The notes under the pieces: generated by a model
Databases searched by the model: none
Told to the model about the DNA's origin: nothing
What the model saw: only the letters and a program-made list of their open reading frames with translations
In this document: piece by piece, positions 49,601-61,556 of the stretch
Numbering within the stretch: the first letter of the stretch is position 1
Layout of the letters: each line of letters starts with the position of its first letter
Translations under genes and position numbers: made by a program
From: Ostrea edulis
Taxonomy: Eukaryota
DNA length: 64,000 bases
Assembly: GCF_947568905.1 (NCBI RefSeq)
Contig: NC_079164.1
Coordinates: 107,818,001-107,882,000 of the forward strand
Reading direction: 5' to 3'

Positions 49601-52600
49601 ATAGTGCAATATAAGATATAATATGTATCAATTAGGTATTCCTTGATGCCTGCACTCATACCAAAGTGGAGAATCTATTCTAAATCTTTCCCTGAATGCT
49701 TCCAATACCATTTTGCAGATATACTATAACTACTTATATACAAAGTATATTGAAAACATCACAATTAAGTTCTTCAAGAGATTAAAAGGTCTGAGTCACT
49801 AGAAGCAGCTATACTACTAAGACAGACTTCAAAATCAACTTTTTCAAGCACTTGTAATCCATACGGACTATAGTGACTTAATATTTTAATGTTAGCTAGT
49901 TCGCAAAGCATTTCATCAGTCTGTCCACTATATCACACGAAATGATTACATAAATTCAGTTTTATTCTATGGTATTTAATCAAACAAAACAATTTACAGC
50001 TGCTTACAATTCAGTTTCTGACTCCTACAGTAGAAAAAGACAACCATTATTTATTTTGTTTTCTTCAGAAGCATACAATAATCTCTGAGAGACTTGCATA
50101 ACCACTTTTATAAACCTCCATATTTGGAAGGTCAGCATGTCATTGTCACACAAATGCTAAGTATACACGCAAATGCTTAAACCATGCAGGTATTCGACCA
50201 TAAGTTCAAACATCTAAGAGACCAGTGACAAATTTGCTAAAATCTTAACCAATTCAAGATTGATACCTGGATTTTCTAGAGAGTTTACTAGTCCGACATG
50301 TTTTTTACTAGTCTCAGACTTCCGGACAAGAGGTAATTTCGAACCCTGTAAGACATCACTGTTCTGGTGGCCTAGTAGTTAGGGTACTCTATTCCCAACC
50401 TTGAGGCTATAGTTTGATTCTCAACAAGCAACAAGTCAAACCTAAGACATTAAAAGTGAAAGTCATGGGTCCTTTGGATATGACCTAAAAAATGTAGATC
50501 CTGTGACACATTAGGCATTGACATAATAAGAACTATCACTGCTGTGGGTTACCTAACCCTGGTGAAGTTTCCACAGGAGTGAAAAATTCTTGAATGAGAC
50601 ATCAAACTGCTATGGCATCATTTGATTATGGGATTAGTCCTTCACTAGTTTAATATGTATGATCTTTACACTACATAATTCTGGCATGAAATTCAATAAT
50701 GTTGTGTTTTTTTTACCTCTGATTTTGAATTGTCCATGTGCTGGCTTCCACTTCCACATCTCTAAACAGCTGTCCCTTCAACAAGTGCTTCCCATTCTTA
50801 ATTCCAAAGTCGATAAAGTCAAACGATAGTGAGAAATATATGTCTGCTTTAGTCAGGCCAGTTGGCAATGTGAACTGCGCTGTTACTTCCTCAGCATTCT
50901 GTGACCAAGTGTATTCTGGTCCCGTATTTCCTATTTGGTAGAAAGAAATCTTCATTTAAAATCATTTGTATTGTAAGATTACTCTGCATACCAGTGCTCT
51001 GAAATCTTACCATTTTGTGGCAGCTCAATTTTTGTGGTACCCTGATCCTGCATATTCAAAACCTTAATGAACTACACATTTCATATGTTTTAACATACTG
51101 AAACCTAGATAGAATGTTCAATCGTTTAAGTGATAATATCCTACTAACCCTGTCCCGAGACACATTTAGATTATTCTTACTAACTGAAATCATACCTATT
51201 ACATCAAATCTTCACAAAACTGTAAAATTTTGGCAATCAAATAAAATTGGGGCCTCCAGAACTTAAATGATTTCACTTTTTTTTTTTAAATTCACCATAA
51301 AAAAAAAAATGAATGTACAGAGAGTATCTTTATACTTTATTCAGATTTAATGTCCACATGTGCCACTGCTACTTTAAAAAAATTAAAACTAACTTCTGGT
51401 TTTTCATGCAGAAAATATTGTGTATTCCAATAAATAAATAAGCTAAGTTAGAAAAATCTTCAATAATAGTATTTTCTGAGGGCCTACATTTAGTAGTAAT
51501 ATCTAGGTACTGAAATCAAATCTACACAAGTTTCAATGTAAAATGGAATTGATCTTCATAAATCATACTTTCCAGAATTTGTCTTTGAAATTCTTGAAAT
51601 TACATTTTCTTTGAATTTTTAAAATGCTTTCACAAGGAAAAAAAAAACCATGTACACATATTAATAATGGAGCGAGGAATAATTTTTCAATCTCAAGTGT
51701 TCCATGACTGTAGGTAATACACACCAAGGTGTGAAAAGTTTGTAATTTACGCAAATACCCGTGAAGCTCCAAAGTACGTCTCACCTCATCCTTACTTCAA
51801 ACATAAATTTCCGAGACAATGTACATGACAGGACACAACTTATTTGATTAAGTCAGCTTAAAATTAACATGAGGTCCATGAATGACATCACTTACTTTTA
51901 AGAAATTTAATGTTTACATATAAAACTTTAATCTACACAGATGCCTATAACTGCGGTTCTTGATTCTTTTTTGAATATCTGTTATGGTATCATCCTGACC
52001 AGAGAGACAGAGAGTAATAAAATATTGATTGGAATCTTACTTATCTGGTTTTAAACTTTAGCTTTACTACTTGTATGTACAAAAAAGAAATTCATAATGA
52101 ATTTGCAATGATTATTTAATGTTCAAAGTTGGTGATCAAACTTGTCAACACAGTCAAGTTTATTATGTGGAAAAATTTACTTAGGGTAATGTCAAGCCAC
52201 TTTTGAGATAAGAGCTCTTCTGTGTAGGAGGTGCATTTAATGGAACTTTAAATGCGTAAGTGGGACTATAGACATTTAGCAGTTAATAACTGTTATATGT
52301 CTATGGTGAGACAGAGCCTGGATATGATGTGTACAAACAACGAAATAGCGTGATAAAATAAAAATTCCATGTATCTAATTACTCCCTGAATATTATCAGT
52401 TACTTAGTTTATGTATCAGTCAAATTCAGATGATGAAAGTGTGTATGATAAACATACTGAGTACATTCACTTATTCAGTGATGATTATTTGTCCCACTCC
52501 CACATGTAAACAAATCGTTTTGTGCCATACTATGTCCAAAGGGAAATAACTCAGATGTATCTTTAAAAAAAAAACACCCGGCGATATTTCACAAAATCAT

Positions 52601-55600
52601 ATATAGACTAGTGATACATATCATATCGAGGCAGCTGTATTGAGATACAGATAAAACCCATATTATCCCAGCTATATTATGAAAATTTTAAGCCAGACAG
52701 ATGCCATACAAAACTTGAACAGAAGAGCTCTGACATTTGAACCTTTGGCTCAGTTGAGGCAAAAACCAGTGTCATATGCTTAACAAAATTCTCCACAATG
52801 TCTCTCACCTTGGCCGTTTGAGTTTGTTTCCATGGGCTCCTCCTCTCTGATAGGTTTCAGGGAATCATATTCAAATACAAAGTCTGCCTCTGCCCCAAGA
52901 ATTAGAGCAGAGCCTTCCTTGTTTAGTGCAGCATAATCATATGGTCTTCTTCCATGTAGTCGCCTGCACCTCTCTGATACCCAAGAAGTTTTATCCCCTG
53001 CCAAGTAAATACATCTCTTTAAATGCACATACAGTAACTTATTGTAACTATTGCCGAACTATTTTACAATAGTTAGCATGTTTTTACAAGAATTCAAAAT
53101 TTTCATTGGTTGTTTTACGTCCTATTTGAGAATTTCTTTTACTCTTTTTTTGTGGAGACACACCAGCTTTAGGTGAAGTGCCACAAATTTTGACCTATGC
53201 ATAGCACTTAACAGTCGTATGAGTGAGGGTTCTTATAATGCCAAAGCCTACTGTGACAAGGGACCTCATTTATAAGGTCATATCCAATGGCACCACTTCT
53301 AATGCTAAGTGCTTGGTAAAACAAGAGGTACTGTGAGCAATGCTCACTAAGAATACCTCCCGCTTACCCCAATCTCCCAAAGGGTGTTGGTAATAGGTAA
53401 AACTTCAGTATTATGATTCAAAAGATATCTAGGAACACAGCATCTCCATGTGATGAAAAAAGCCGTTAAAGAATTTAAATGGAAACCATATTGCTACTTC
53501 GATGTCCAGTGCGCATGACCTTTGACCTTTTGACCCCAAAATCGATAGGGAACATCTTCATCCCATGGGTAGTCCATATGTATGATATGGTGACGGTAGG
53601 TGGAAAGGATAACGCTTTAGAGCCCGGAAACCATATTGCTACTTCGGTGTCCAGTGTGCTTGACCTTTGACCTTTTGACCCCAAAATCGATAGGGAACAT
53701 CTTCATCCCATGGGTAGTCCATATGTATGATATGGTGACGGTAGGTGGAAAGGATAACGCTTTAGAGCCCGGAAACCATATAGCTACTTCGATGTCCAGT
53801 GCGCTTGACCTTTGACCTTTTGACCCCAAAATCGATAGGGAACATCTTCATCCCATGGGTAGTCCATATATATGATATGGTGACGGTAGGTGGAAAGGAT
53901 AATGCTTTAGAGCCCGGAAACCATTGCGTCTACAGACGGACAACCCGATTCCAGCATACCCCCCCCCCCCCCCACAACTTGTTGCGGGGGGTATAATAAC
54001 AGTCACTACCTATTAGAACGTTATAGGTTTGAGTTGACACAGTATTGGGATCAAGAATCGGTTGTGAAGCATGCACTAGCTTAACCTCTATGCTACCATC
54101 ATTGGGCTTCTGAGGTTACATCAATTTTCATGGGTATGAAAACCAAGAACCACAACAACCAGTTTTTTTGTGTGCCAAAAGAAAGCATATTTTTTCAATG
54201 CAAAATCTCAAATCACAACACTTCCACCTCTGGTGTGTCCAGGGGTCCATGTTTGCCTATTAACTATCTATTTTGTATTGCTAGTGGGATTTATGAGATT
54301 GATCACTGTTCGTTGTCTTCGCCTTTCTTCTAATAAATATACAAAGAACCCATCCTTCATTAACATAAGTTTGTGGTTTTAAGCAATCATGAAAACAACA
54401 AAAATTGGTCGTTAATGGAAACTGTTGATTAACATAAACTTATGAAACCATGAAATATGATTTATGGTACACTCAGCATTTATTCAACAGCAAAATGGAT
54501 CCCTCTACAAGAAAAACTAGAGAGTCACCTGAACTCAGAGTAATCCACTCCATGACTGTCAAATGAGTGGCTCTGTACTTGTCTTTCTGTTCTGAATCAC
54601 ATTCCACAACATGAACACACAAACAGTCGAGTTTGTGTGTGTTGTCGACTGAATGTAGCACTGCATCTACCAGCAGAAATGGAGCTTTGTCCTCCACTGG
54701 ATCATTAGAAAATACAACCTGAAAATAAATTGTTTACCTGAATCAAAAGTTTACTTTGTTCACGATGACATTTGGGGAATATGGAAAATACTGGCAATTC
54801 TAAATATATCTCTGTTTATTTATTGTATCTATGATAAAATCAGTTTATTAACAATAGAAATATATTTGTACATGTTATATTCAAACTATATTATATGTCC
54901 CATAGAGATTTACTAGGATAGCTTTATTTCAAATTTGATTTATAGTACACAGAATGAAGCAATAAATCCACTATGATGAAAATAACTGCACAAGAAATAA
55001 TTGTATCCCCATCCTTATTTGAAAATGCTTCAGGCAACCCTCTGACATTAGATATTGATCAGACTACATTAGATATTGACCAGACTACATTAGATATTGA
55101 CCAGATATTGATCAGACTACATTAGATATTGATCAGACTACATTAGATATTGATCAGACTACATTAGATATTGACCAGACTACATTAGATATTGACCAGA
55201 CTACATTAGATATTGATCAGACTACATTAAATGCTAATCAAACTACAAGAGATTTCAAACCTTCCACTCCTGTGCAGTATTCCTAGCTCCTGTATAATAC
55301 AAAAGTAGTTTCCCAGCACCATCACCAACTACAGCCATGTCTTCAGACACAAAGTACAAGGAAGCATTCAATCGTCCAGTCACCGAGCTCTGACTGTTCA
55401 TGTCAGGTATGGTTCCAACTTTTCCACAAATGTTGATCCTGTTGTCCTGGTGAAATTTATAATACCGTAAATTTATAAATGAAGAAAATTCAGTAAATCA
55501 AAAAAAAAAAAAAAAAATCCAGGTAAATTACATGTAAAGTCTAGAATAGAATTAACACTCTCAACATTGCAAATAGCTGCAGATAACCCACTTACTGTGG

Positions 55601-58600
55601 ACAGTGCCTGAGCTATACCCCAGCTCTTGTCAATGAAGAAAATGATGTCAGTATTTACTTACCGTGGACAGTGCCTGAGCTATACCCCAGCTCTTGTCGA
55701 TGAAGAAAATGATGTCAGTATTTACTTACCGTGGACAGTGCCTGAGCTATACCCCAGCTCTTGTCGATGAAGAAAATGATGTCAGTATTTACTTACCGTG
55801 GACAGTGCCTGAGCTATACCCCAGCTCTTGTCGATGAAGAAAATGATGTCAGTATTTACTTACCGTGGACAGTGCCTGAGCTATACCCCAGCTCTTGTCG
55901 ATGAAGAAAATGATGTCAGTATTTACTTACCGTGGACAGTGCCTGAGCTATACCCCAGCTCTTGTCGATGAAGAAAATGATGTCAGTATTTACTTACTGT
56001 GGACAGTGCCTGAGCTATATCCCAGCTCTTGTCGATGAAGAAAATGATGTCAGTATTTACTTACTGTGGACAGTGCCTGAGCTATACCCCAGCTCTTGTC
56101 GATGAAGAAAATGATGTCAGTATTTACTTACTGTGGACAGTGCCTGAGCTATACCCCAGCTCTTGTCAATGAAGAAAATGATGTCAGTGTTCCATGGATC
56201 CATGTGCAGGTGGTTATGAACTCCAAACAGTTTAGCATGATGGTATGAATACTGATCCTCTGTCAGCGTAGTTAAATCAATACCTGCCAAACAAGACAAC
56301 AGTAAATACATTAAAGCTGTTCCATCATCCATCTCTGGATAAAAGATAATCTCAGCGAGATTAGTCCAAATATCCAGCCTCGACAAATATTGCTGAGATT
56401 AAATAAATGACAGTTGAAGTGTAAAAGTGTTAAAGATCTGTAACTGGAAAGGGAAGAATACAGTGGAACAGTCCAGAATTCAAACCTTGACCACCAAAAC
56501 TCTAGATGGGTGCTTTACAACTGAACTATCTTACTTAAGAAATCAAACTTGCCTAACTATCACATTCTACCCCATTGATTGTCTTCATATCTTGAAGACG
56601 TACAAACAGAATTCCCCGTGTTTCAAAATGTAATAGGCTGGGGAAAAGTATGATAGCTCAAACTGGAATTTTTACCAAGGCCTCCGACTCTCCAGTCAGG
56701 TGCACTATCTGACCCAGGTGACTGAAACCATCTGACCTACACAGGTCTAAGCTTATATTGGGTGACTGCCCTCTCACTCCCCACCCCAACTATGTTTAAC
56801 AGTGAATGAGAAGAATATAAGCTTGAAAGTTAGTGAATATAGGCCAAAATGTTACAATTAGGATAAGCAAATTTCAGGTATAATTCATAATTTAAAAGAT
56901 AACTAAAGATTTTCATCATTAGTCCTGACTGACAAATAAGGACAAATTGACAGGAATATGATATGTGTGTATACAGGAGAGATGAGACTTAGTAAAGAAG
57001 CAGGTACAGCTGGGGATTTCAGTAGGAGTCCCAAAATCTGGCATTCAAATACAGGAATATATTTATAAGAATTCATCCAATTACATCCAATTTGAATGGG
57101 GAAAAAACGAAATTCAGGTGGCTTTTCTTTCCCGAAACATATAGCATATGCATCCTGAGCCAATTCATGTTCAAATACATTTTTCATCATCTATTAATAC
57201 ACAATATATATTTATTTACTTTTGCTCAATAGATGGGTACACCTTTTTCGAAGCAATAATCTGGATGAATTAAACAGTTATCAAACGTTTTTTGAAACAA
57301 GAGGCCCACAGTTATCAAGCTTTTTTTGAAACAATAGGCCAACAGGCTTTATTGGTCACCTGAGTACTAGTTAAAAGCATCACTACTCCAAAGGGGTAAA
57401 TAATCTAGAAAAAAATCCTGTTCTGAATATCTATGCTAAATTCTAATATTCAACAACAGTATAAAACAAGATGTGTTCTTAAAACTTCAATGTCTTTAAA
57501 AGTGCATACACTGATGGAAGGTTTTACATAATATATGTATAAACATTAAACAATATGACTAATTTGGACCCATCCTCGATTCAAAACCCTGGGTTGTGAA
57601 ATTCACCATTTTTCATACATCCTTTTCTGCTATTCCTAAATATGCATTTAGCTTTTATACAGTATCAGCAAACTTAAAGAAGTCCTTCAAATCATTGTAA
57701 TAATTTTGACACCACCCTGAAAGCAAACCCTTACCCTCAAGGATCATGAAATTTACAAATTTGGTAAAGGACTACCTACTCCTTCTTAACATCCATTTAG
57801 TTTCAATTTAGTATTGATAGCACTAAAGATGTTACGAAAGTGTTTTATTACACATAAACACTATTCACTAAGTTTGGCCCCACCCTGGGGTCAGAACCCC
57901 TACTTCGGTGTTCATGAAACTTATAATTTTGGTAGAGGCCTTCTTGCTCTACATTGTTTTCTTACAAATGTGTGGTTGTAGAGAAGAAGATTTTTAGAAA
58001 ATTGGTCAATTTTTGACAATTTTCCCCCATCCTTTAAGCCCCAGGCGTGCAAGAGTCCTGAAATTTATAAATTATGCCCCCCTTGTCCAATATGTGCTTC
58101 ATATTAAATTTGAAAAGAATTGGAATGGTAGTTATAAAGAAGAAATTAAAAATTTCTATTGTTCACACATTTGATTAAATTAAATGTGGACATCAAACCT
58201 GATGTTTTAAAGATGAGTAATATTCGTCGATCGCACAAAATCATAAACTTTTTTTTACCGATGGAACAAAAAAAAAAAAATTATAAATAATTTTGTCAAT
58301 AATTTTAATGAGGCAAGTGGCAATTCCAAACAAACTATAATTTCATTTCGGCCTGGTACAACAATATACATTACAGTAATAATAATTCTTGAAAAGAGAT
58401 ACCATTCAAAAAGTTAAACGTGTTTAAAGAAAAACCCAGAGAGACCTGATCAGTAGTTTAAAGTTAGTGAGCTTTCCATTTGAGCCATCCTTCAACACAA
58501 CCTCACAGATGACCACAGGTTTTGAAATAAATTTTTTTTCCAAACAGACTTGTGACTATTTTTGTTCACTAGTCCACAAAACATAGAATGTTACATAAAT

Positions 58601-60022
58601 TCATTTTCATTCAATACATGGTATTTAATCAAACCAAACAATTCACAATTACAAACATTTCAGTTTCTGACACCTACAGTAGAAAAAGACAAACTGGTAT
58701 ATTTTATTTTTTTTCTACAGGAAGGTCAGCATGTGACTATCATGCTAACCTTTAACCATGCAGGTATTAACCCAATTTCAAGCAAATGGTGCAATTTTCC
58801 CCCCAAATGGAAAGGCCTAGACCCCTATTATATTTATTGCACTTAATAATTTCAATATGTAGACATTGTGTTTATTCTCAGAGTTTGTTGTTTATTTCAG
58901 TGCTAGTTTGCATCCTTGTTTTATTTATTTAGTTTTCAGTTCATCGTCCTGAAGAAGGGGCAGGTTGTCCCAAAAATTTGACAATTTCATATTGTTCGTG
59001 TCGTTGGTCATTTATAGAACTTTATATCCTTATCTATTTGGACCGTATCTACATTCAGATCAGATACTTTGGATGCTGAGTGTTATTGGATTTTAATGCT
59101 CTCTCAACCACCGTGGTGGTCTAGAGGTAGAGCAGAAGGTCGGATTTCGAATCCTGGCAGCGACAGATCTAAATCGTTAACACGGGTAGAGACGGTTCCA
59201 TCACCAAACACTCGGCATCAGGCTTGGAGGTTATAAAACTTTTACCGTACTCATACTCAAACTCAGCCATTTTTGTTTTAAGTACAACTCTGAGCAAGCT
59301 CCGAAGCATACTCAAAAAATCTTGAGCATGTACTCCATTTGAGTGAAAATAATTTTATAAAAGTTTTATAACCTTCACTTTTGAGTATGAGTACGATTTA
59401 GAGCACGGAGTTTGAGTTAAAGTGTGAAATCGGGCTCAAAAAAGATTTATAATCTCCTAAGAGATTACTTTAAATACGAATGTCACATGTTACAGAAGGT
59501 GTGACACGCTAAAGAACCCTCACTGCTCAATGGCTGTAAGCGTCGAGCAAAAGACTAACTTTGAAGCCATTCACTGGTCTTGGTGACGTCTCCATGAGTG
59601 AAAAATTCTGGAGAGACATTAAAGAAGATACAATCAATCAATCACATTGCTCTTTCTCTTTCTCTATATATCTATATACACGTGTGCACATGTGGCAACT
59701 ATATATGCAATCACAAATGATTACAATATAAAAGCTTGTTAACAGTATGCACAAAAGGCGTCAGAAGTGCATGAAGTGTCCTCCCTTTTGGTGTTATAAT
59801 ATACCTATCAAAATAAAAACGTGACAAAGTAACAAATCCCAGGGTCTTGTACGCTTCAAATAGCATTGAACAGGTATGACAACAACAGATGAATAATAAA
59901 AAAGTAATACCATTCTCAAATTTGCATGTATAAGTTGGTAAAGGGTCTAAACTAAGCTTATATCCGTCAAAATTCGGATCCAATAGTTCACGACGTACTT
60001 TCAAGTCTGCCTTGTCCGCCAT
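44986..60022 (-). CDS. NUDCD1: NudC domain-containing protein 1 (CS/p23 domain), complete, 9 exons, 589 aa
   Basis: Exons 59911-60022, 56132-56283, 55261-55446, 54529-54718, 52809-52997, 50717-50930, 49145-49289, 48310-48438, 44986-45438 total 1770 nt with compatible phases. Motifs [35 protein letters not shown] (CS domain), [36 protein letters not shown]. Confidence 0.93.
45600..46800 (+). mobile_element. HINE-like dispersed repeat in the last NUDCD1 intron
   Basis: aacaagaggcccacaggtcttatcggtcacctga start; two diverged internal units. Confidence 0.7.
47010..47914. mobile_element. 0.9-kb TTAA-flanked Kolobok-like element
   Basis: TTAAggtaggtcc...ggaactacgTTAA. Confidence 0.65.
50352..50610 (+). 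mobile_element. Degenerate tRNA-derived SINE; inverted relative at about 53100-53320
   Basis: tggtggcctagtagttag head; 3' gtgaaaaattct...gagacat shared with 59107-59645. Confidence 0.5.
53320..53995 (+). mobile_element. HINE-like element with about 3.3 copies of a 142-bp unit
   Basis: aaacaagaggtactgtgagc start; 142-bp period; terminal ccccc-acaacttgttgc-gggggg-tataat hairpin. Confidence 0.75.
55045..55232. repeat. 21-bp minisatellite, about 8 copies, next to the NUDCD1 exon 3 donor
   Basis: gactacattagatattga(t/c)ca. Confidence 0.9.
55591..56190. repeat. 67-bp x9 array made of the NUDCD1 exon 2 3' end plus splice donor
   Basis: cttac motif at 55591, 55658, 55725 ... 56127. Confidence 0.95.
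57297..58160 (+). mobile_element. HINE-like dispersed repeat in NUDCD1 intron 1
   Basis: aaacaagaggcccaca start; same family as 45600-46800. Confidence 0.7.
59107..59645 (+). mobile_element. tRNA-derived SINE interrupted by an about 225-bp palindromic insertion
   Basis: Head ccgtggtggtctagagg...tttcgaatcc; (caat)n tail at about 59632-59645; insert ggttataaaactttt...aaaagttttataacc. Confidence 0.6.
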
Positions 60023-60500
60023 GTTTGTTTTTGATTGTTATGACGGAGCGAAATTAATGAAGTACAAAAGTTTTCAAATATTTTACTTAGTATCAATATC
60101 TACATTACCAAAACATAGCTATATAAATATATTTTTAATACAAAATTATTGAAATTCATGGAAATTTTCCCCAAAAGAATTTTTCCACATTATGCGTTTT
60201 GTGAAAAACATTTCTAAGCGGAAGCGTCCTATTTTGGCTATAAATAGGTTTAGAAATTCCACGAAATATATATATTGAGGATAAATGTGTATTGTGCAGC
60301 AACTTCACGTAAGATCTCTATTGTTAACTTCAGTAGCGCACTTCGTCTTTGCCTGCAGAATAGTGTGCAATGTGATTATTTAGCTGTTGTATGATATTGC
60401 AAAAATATTCCAAGAATCAACTTTAAGAACCTTGTCATATATGATAATGCCTTATGTATACATATATACGGCCCGCGCCGGCCCTCTATATTCATGCTAC
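60023..60500 (-). promoter_or_regulatory. Probable NUDCD1 promoter/5'UTR region
   Basis: Directly upstream of the ATG (aaacATGGCGG, YY1-like context); GGAAG/ETS-like motif near 60218 and a GC-rich patch near 60471; inference only. Confidence 0.35.
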
Positions 60501-60705
60501 TGTGTATATGTATTCTTTCACAGGAGTTTGCAGTTTCATCTGTAAAGGTCTACATTGTAAACAATAACCACTATAATAGCGTTGTGAGCGAAGCTCCGTG
60601 GTTGTTTACACTGTGGGCCTCCCAACTCTTGAGATTCACTTTAGAGAAGTGGACATGCAGACATTAGCTATGCCTGTCCACTTCTCTGAAGAGAATAGTT
60701 TATAT

Positions 60706-61556
60706 TGTAACGTAGTGGTCACCTATCCAAGTGCTGATCACACTCGCTGTTGCTTAACTTAAGTAATCGAGAGAGACACTCTACCACATCACTAGAAAAG
60801 CTAGTGAGATAGTATAAGTTCCCTTTATTCTGTCTGCTACACTTCCCCCTGCTCAGGGAAGCTATTTCCCAGAGCTTAGCGTGAGTTATCTCTGAATGCT
60901 TCGCACTTCTTCATCAATGGCATCCGCCGTTCCCAACGACAACCAGCTGTCCCTGGATGAATTAAACCACGTCTGTGCATGGACACAAAAGTCCCAGAGC
61001 TCCGAAGAGACTCTACCTGAAGAAGGCCCACCAAACACCAGAGTCACTATGCTACCACCAATTTCTAAATGGTATTGGTCACCCAGCTAAGTGCTGATCA
61101 CGCTCGTCGTTGCTTAACTTAAGTAATCGAGAGAGACACTCTACCACATCACTAGAAAAGCTAGCGAGATAGTATAAGTTCAGTTTCCCCTTATACTTAC
61201 AGTTACATTTCACCCCAGTCTGGGAAGCTTCGTCCCAAAGCTTAGTGTGAGTTCTCTCTGAGTTTTTGGCACCTGCTCAGCAACGGCATCTGCCGTTCCC
61301 AAAGACAACCACCGTCATTTCCGGACAAATCCAGAGCTCCAAAAATACTCTACCTGAAGCAGGCCTAACTCCCACCAAACATCAGTCACTACGCTGCCAC
61401 CAATATGTAACATGTAGCGGTCACCCAGCCAAGTGCTGATCACGCTCGCCATTGCTTAACTTGCGTGATCTGATAAAGAGAGACACTCTACCACATCACT
61501 AGAAAAGCTAGCGTACTAGCGAGGCAGTATAAGTTCCCTTTTTACTGTCCGCTACA
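60706..61556 (-). mobile_element. Tandem TRIM (miniature LTR retrotransposon): LTR-internal-LTR-internal-LTR
   Basis: About 140-150-bp TG..CA LTRs at 60706-60841, about 61070-61205 and 61406-61556; PBS TGGTGGCAGCG at 61402-61392; PPT agggggaag at 60850-60842; 4-bp TSD atat. Confidence 0.8.

Noticed and set aside
58860-59040. Penelope-like 3' remnant (cctgaagaagggg...ccc motif); also a LINE-like tail at about 61820-61872
   Set aside because: Short motif resemblance only, with no RT or endonuclease sequence.
59107-59170. tRNA gene (also 20270-20335 and 50352-50420)
   Set aside because: Only A/B-box-like heads without a full cloverleaf, followed by SINE bodies.
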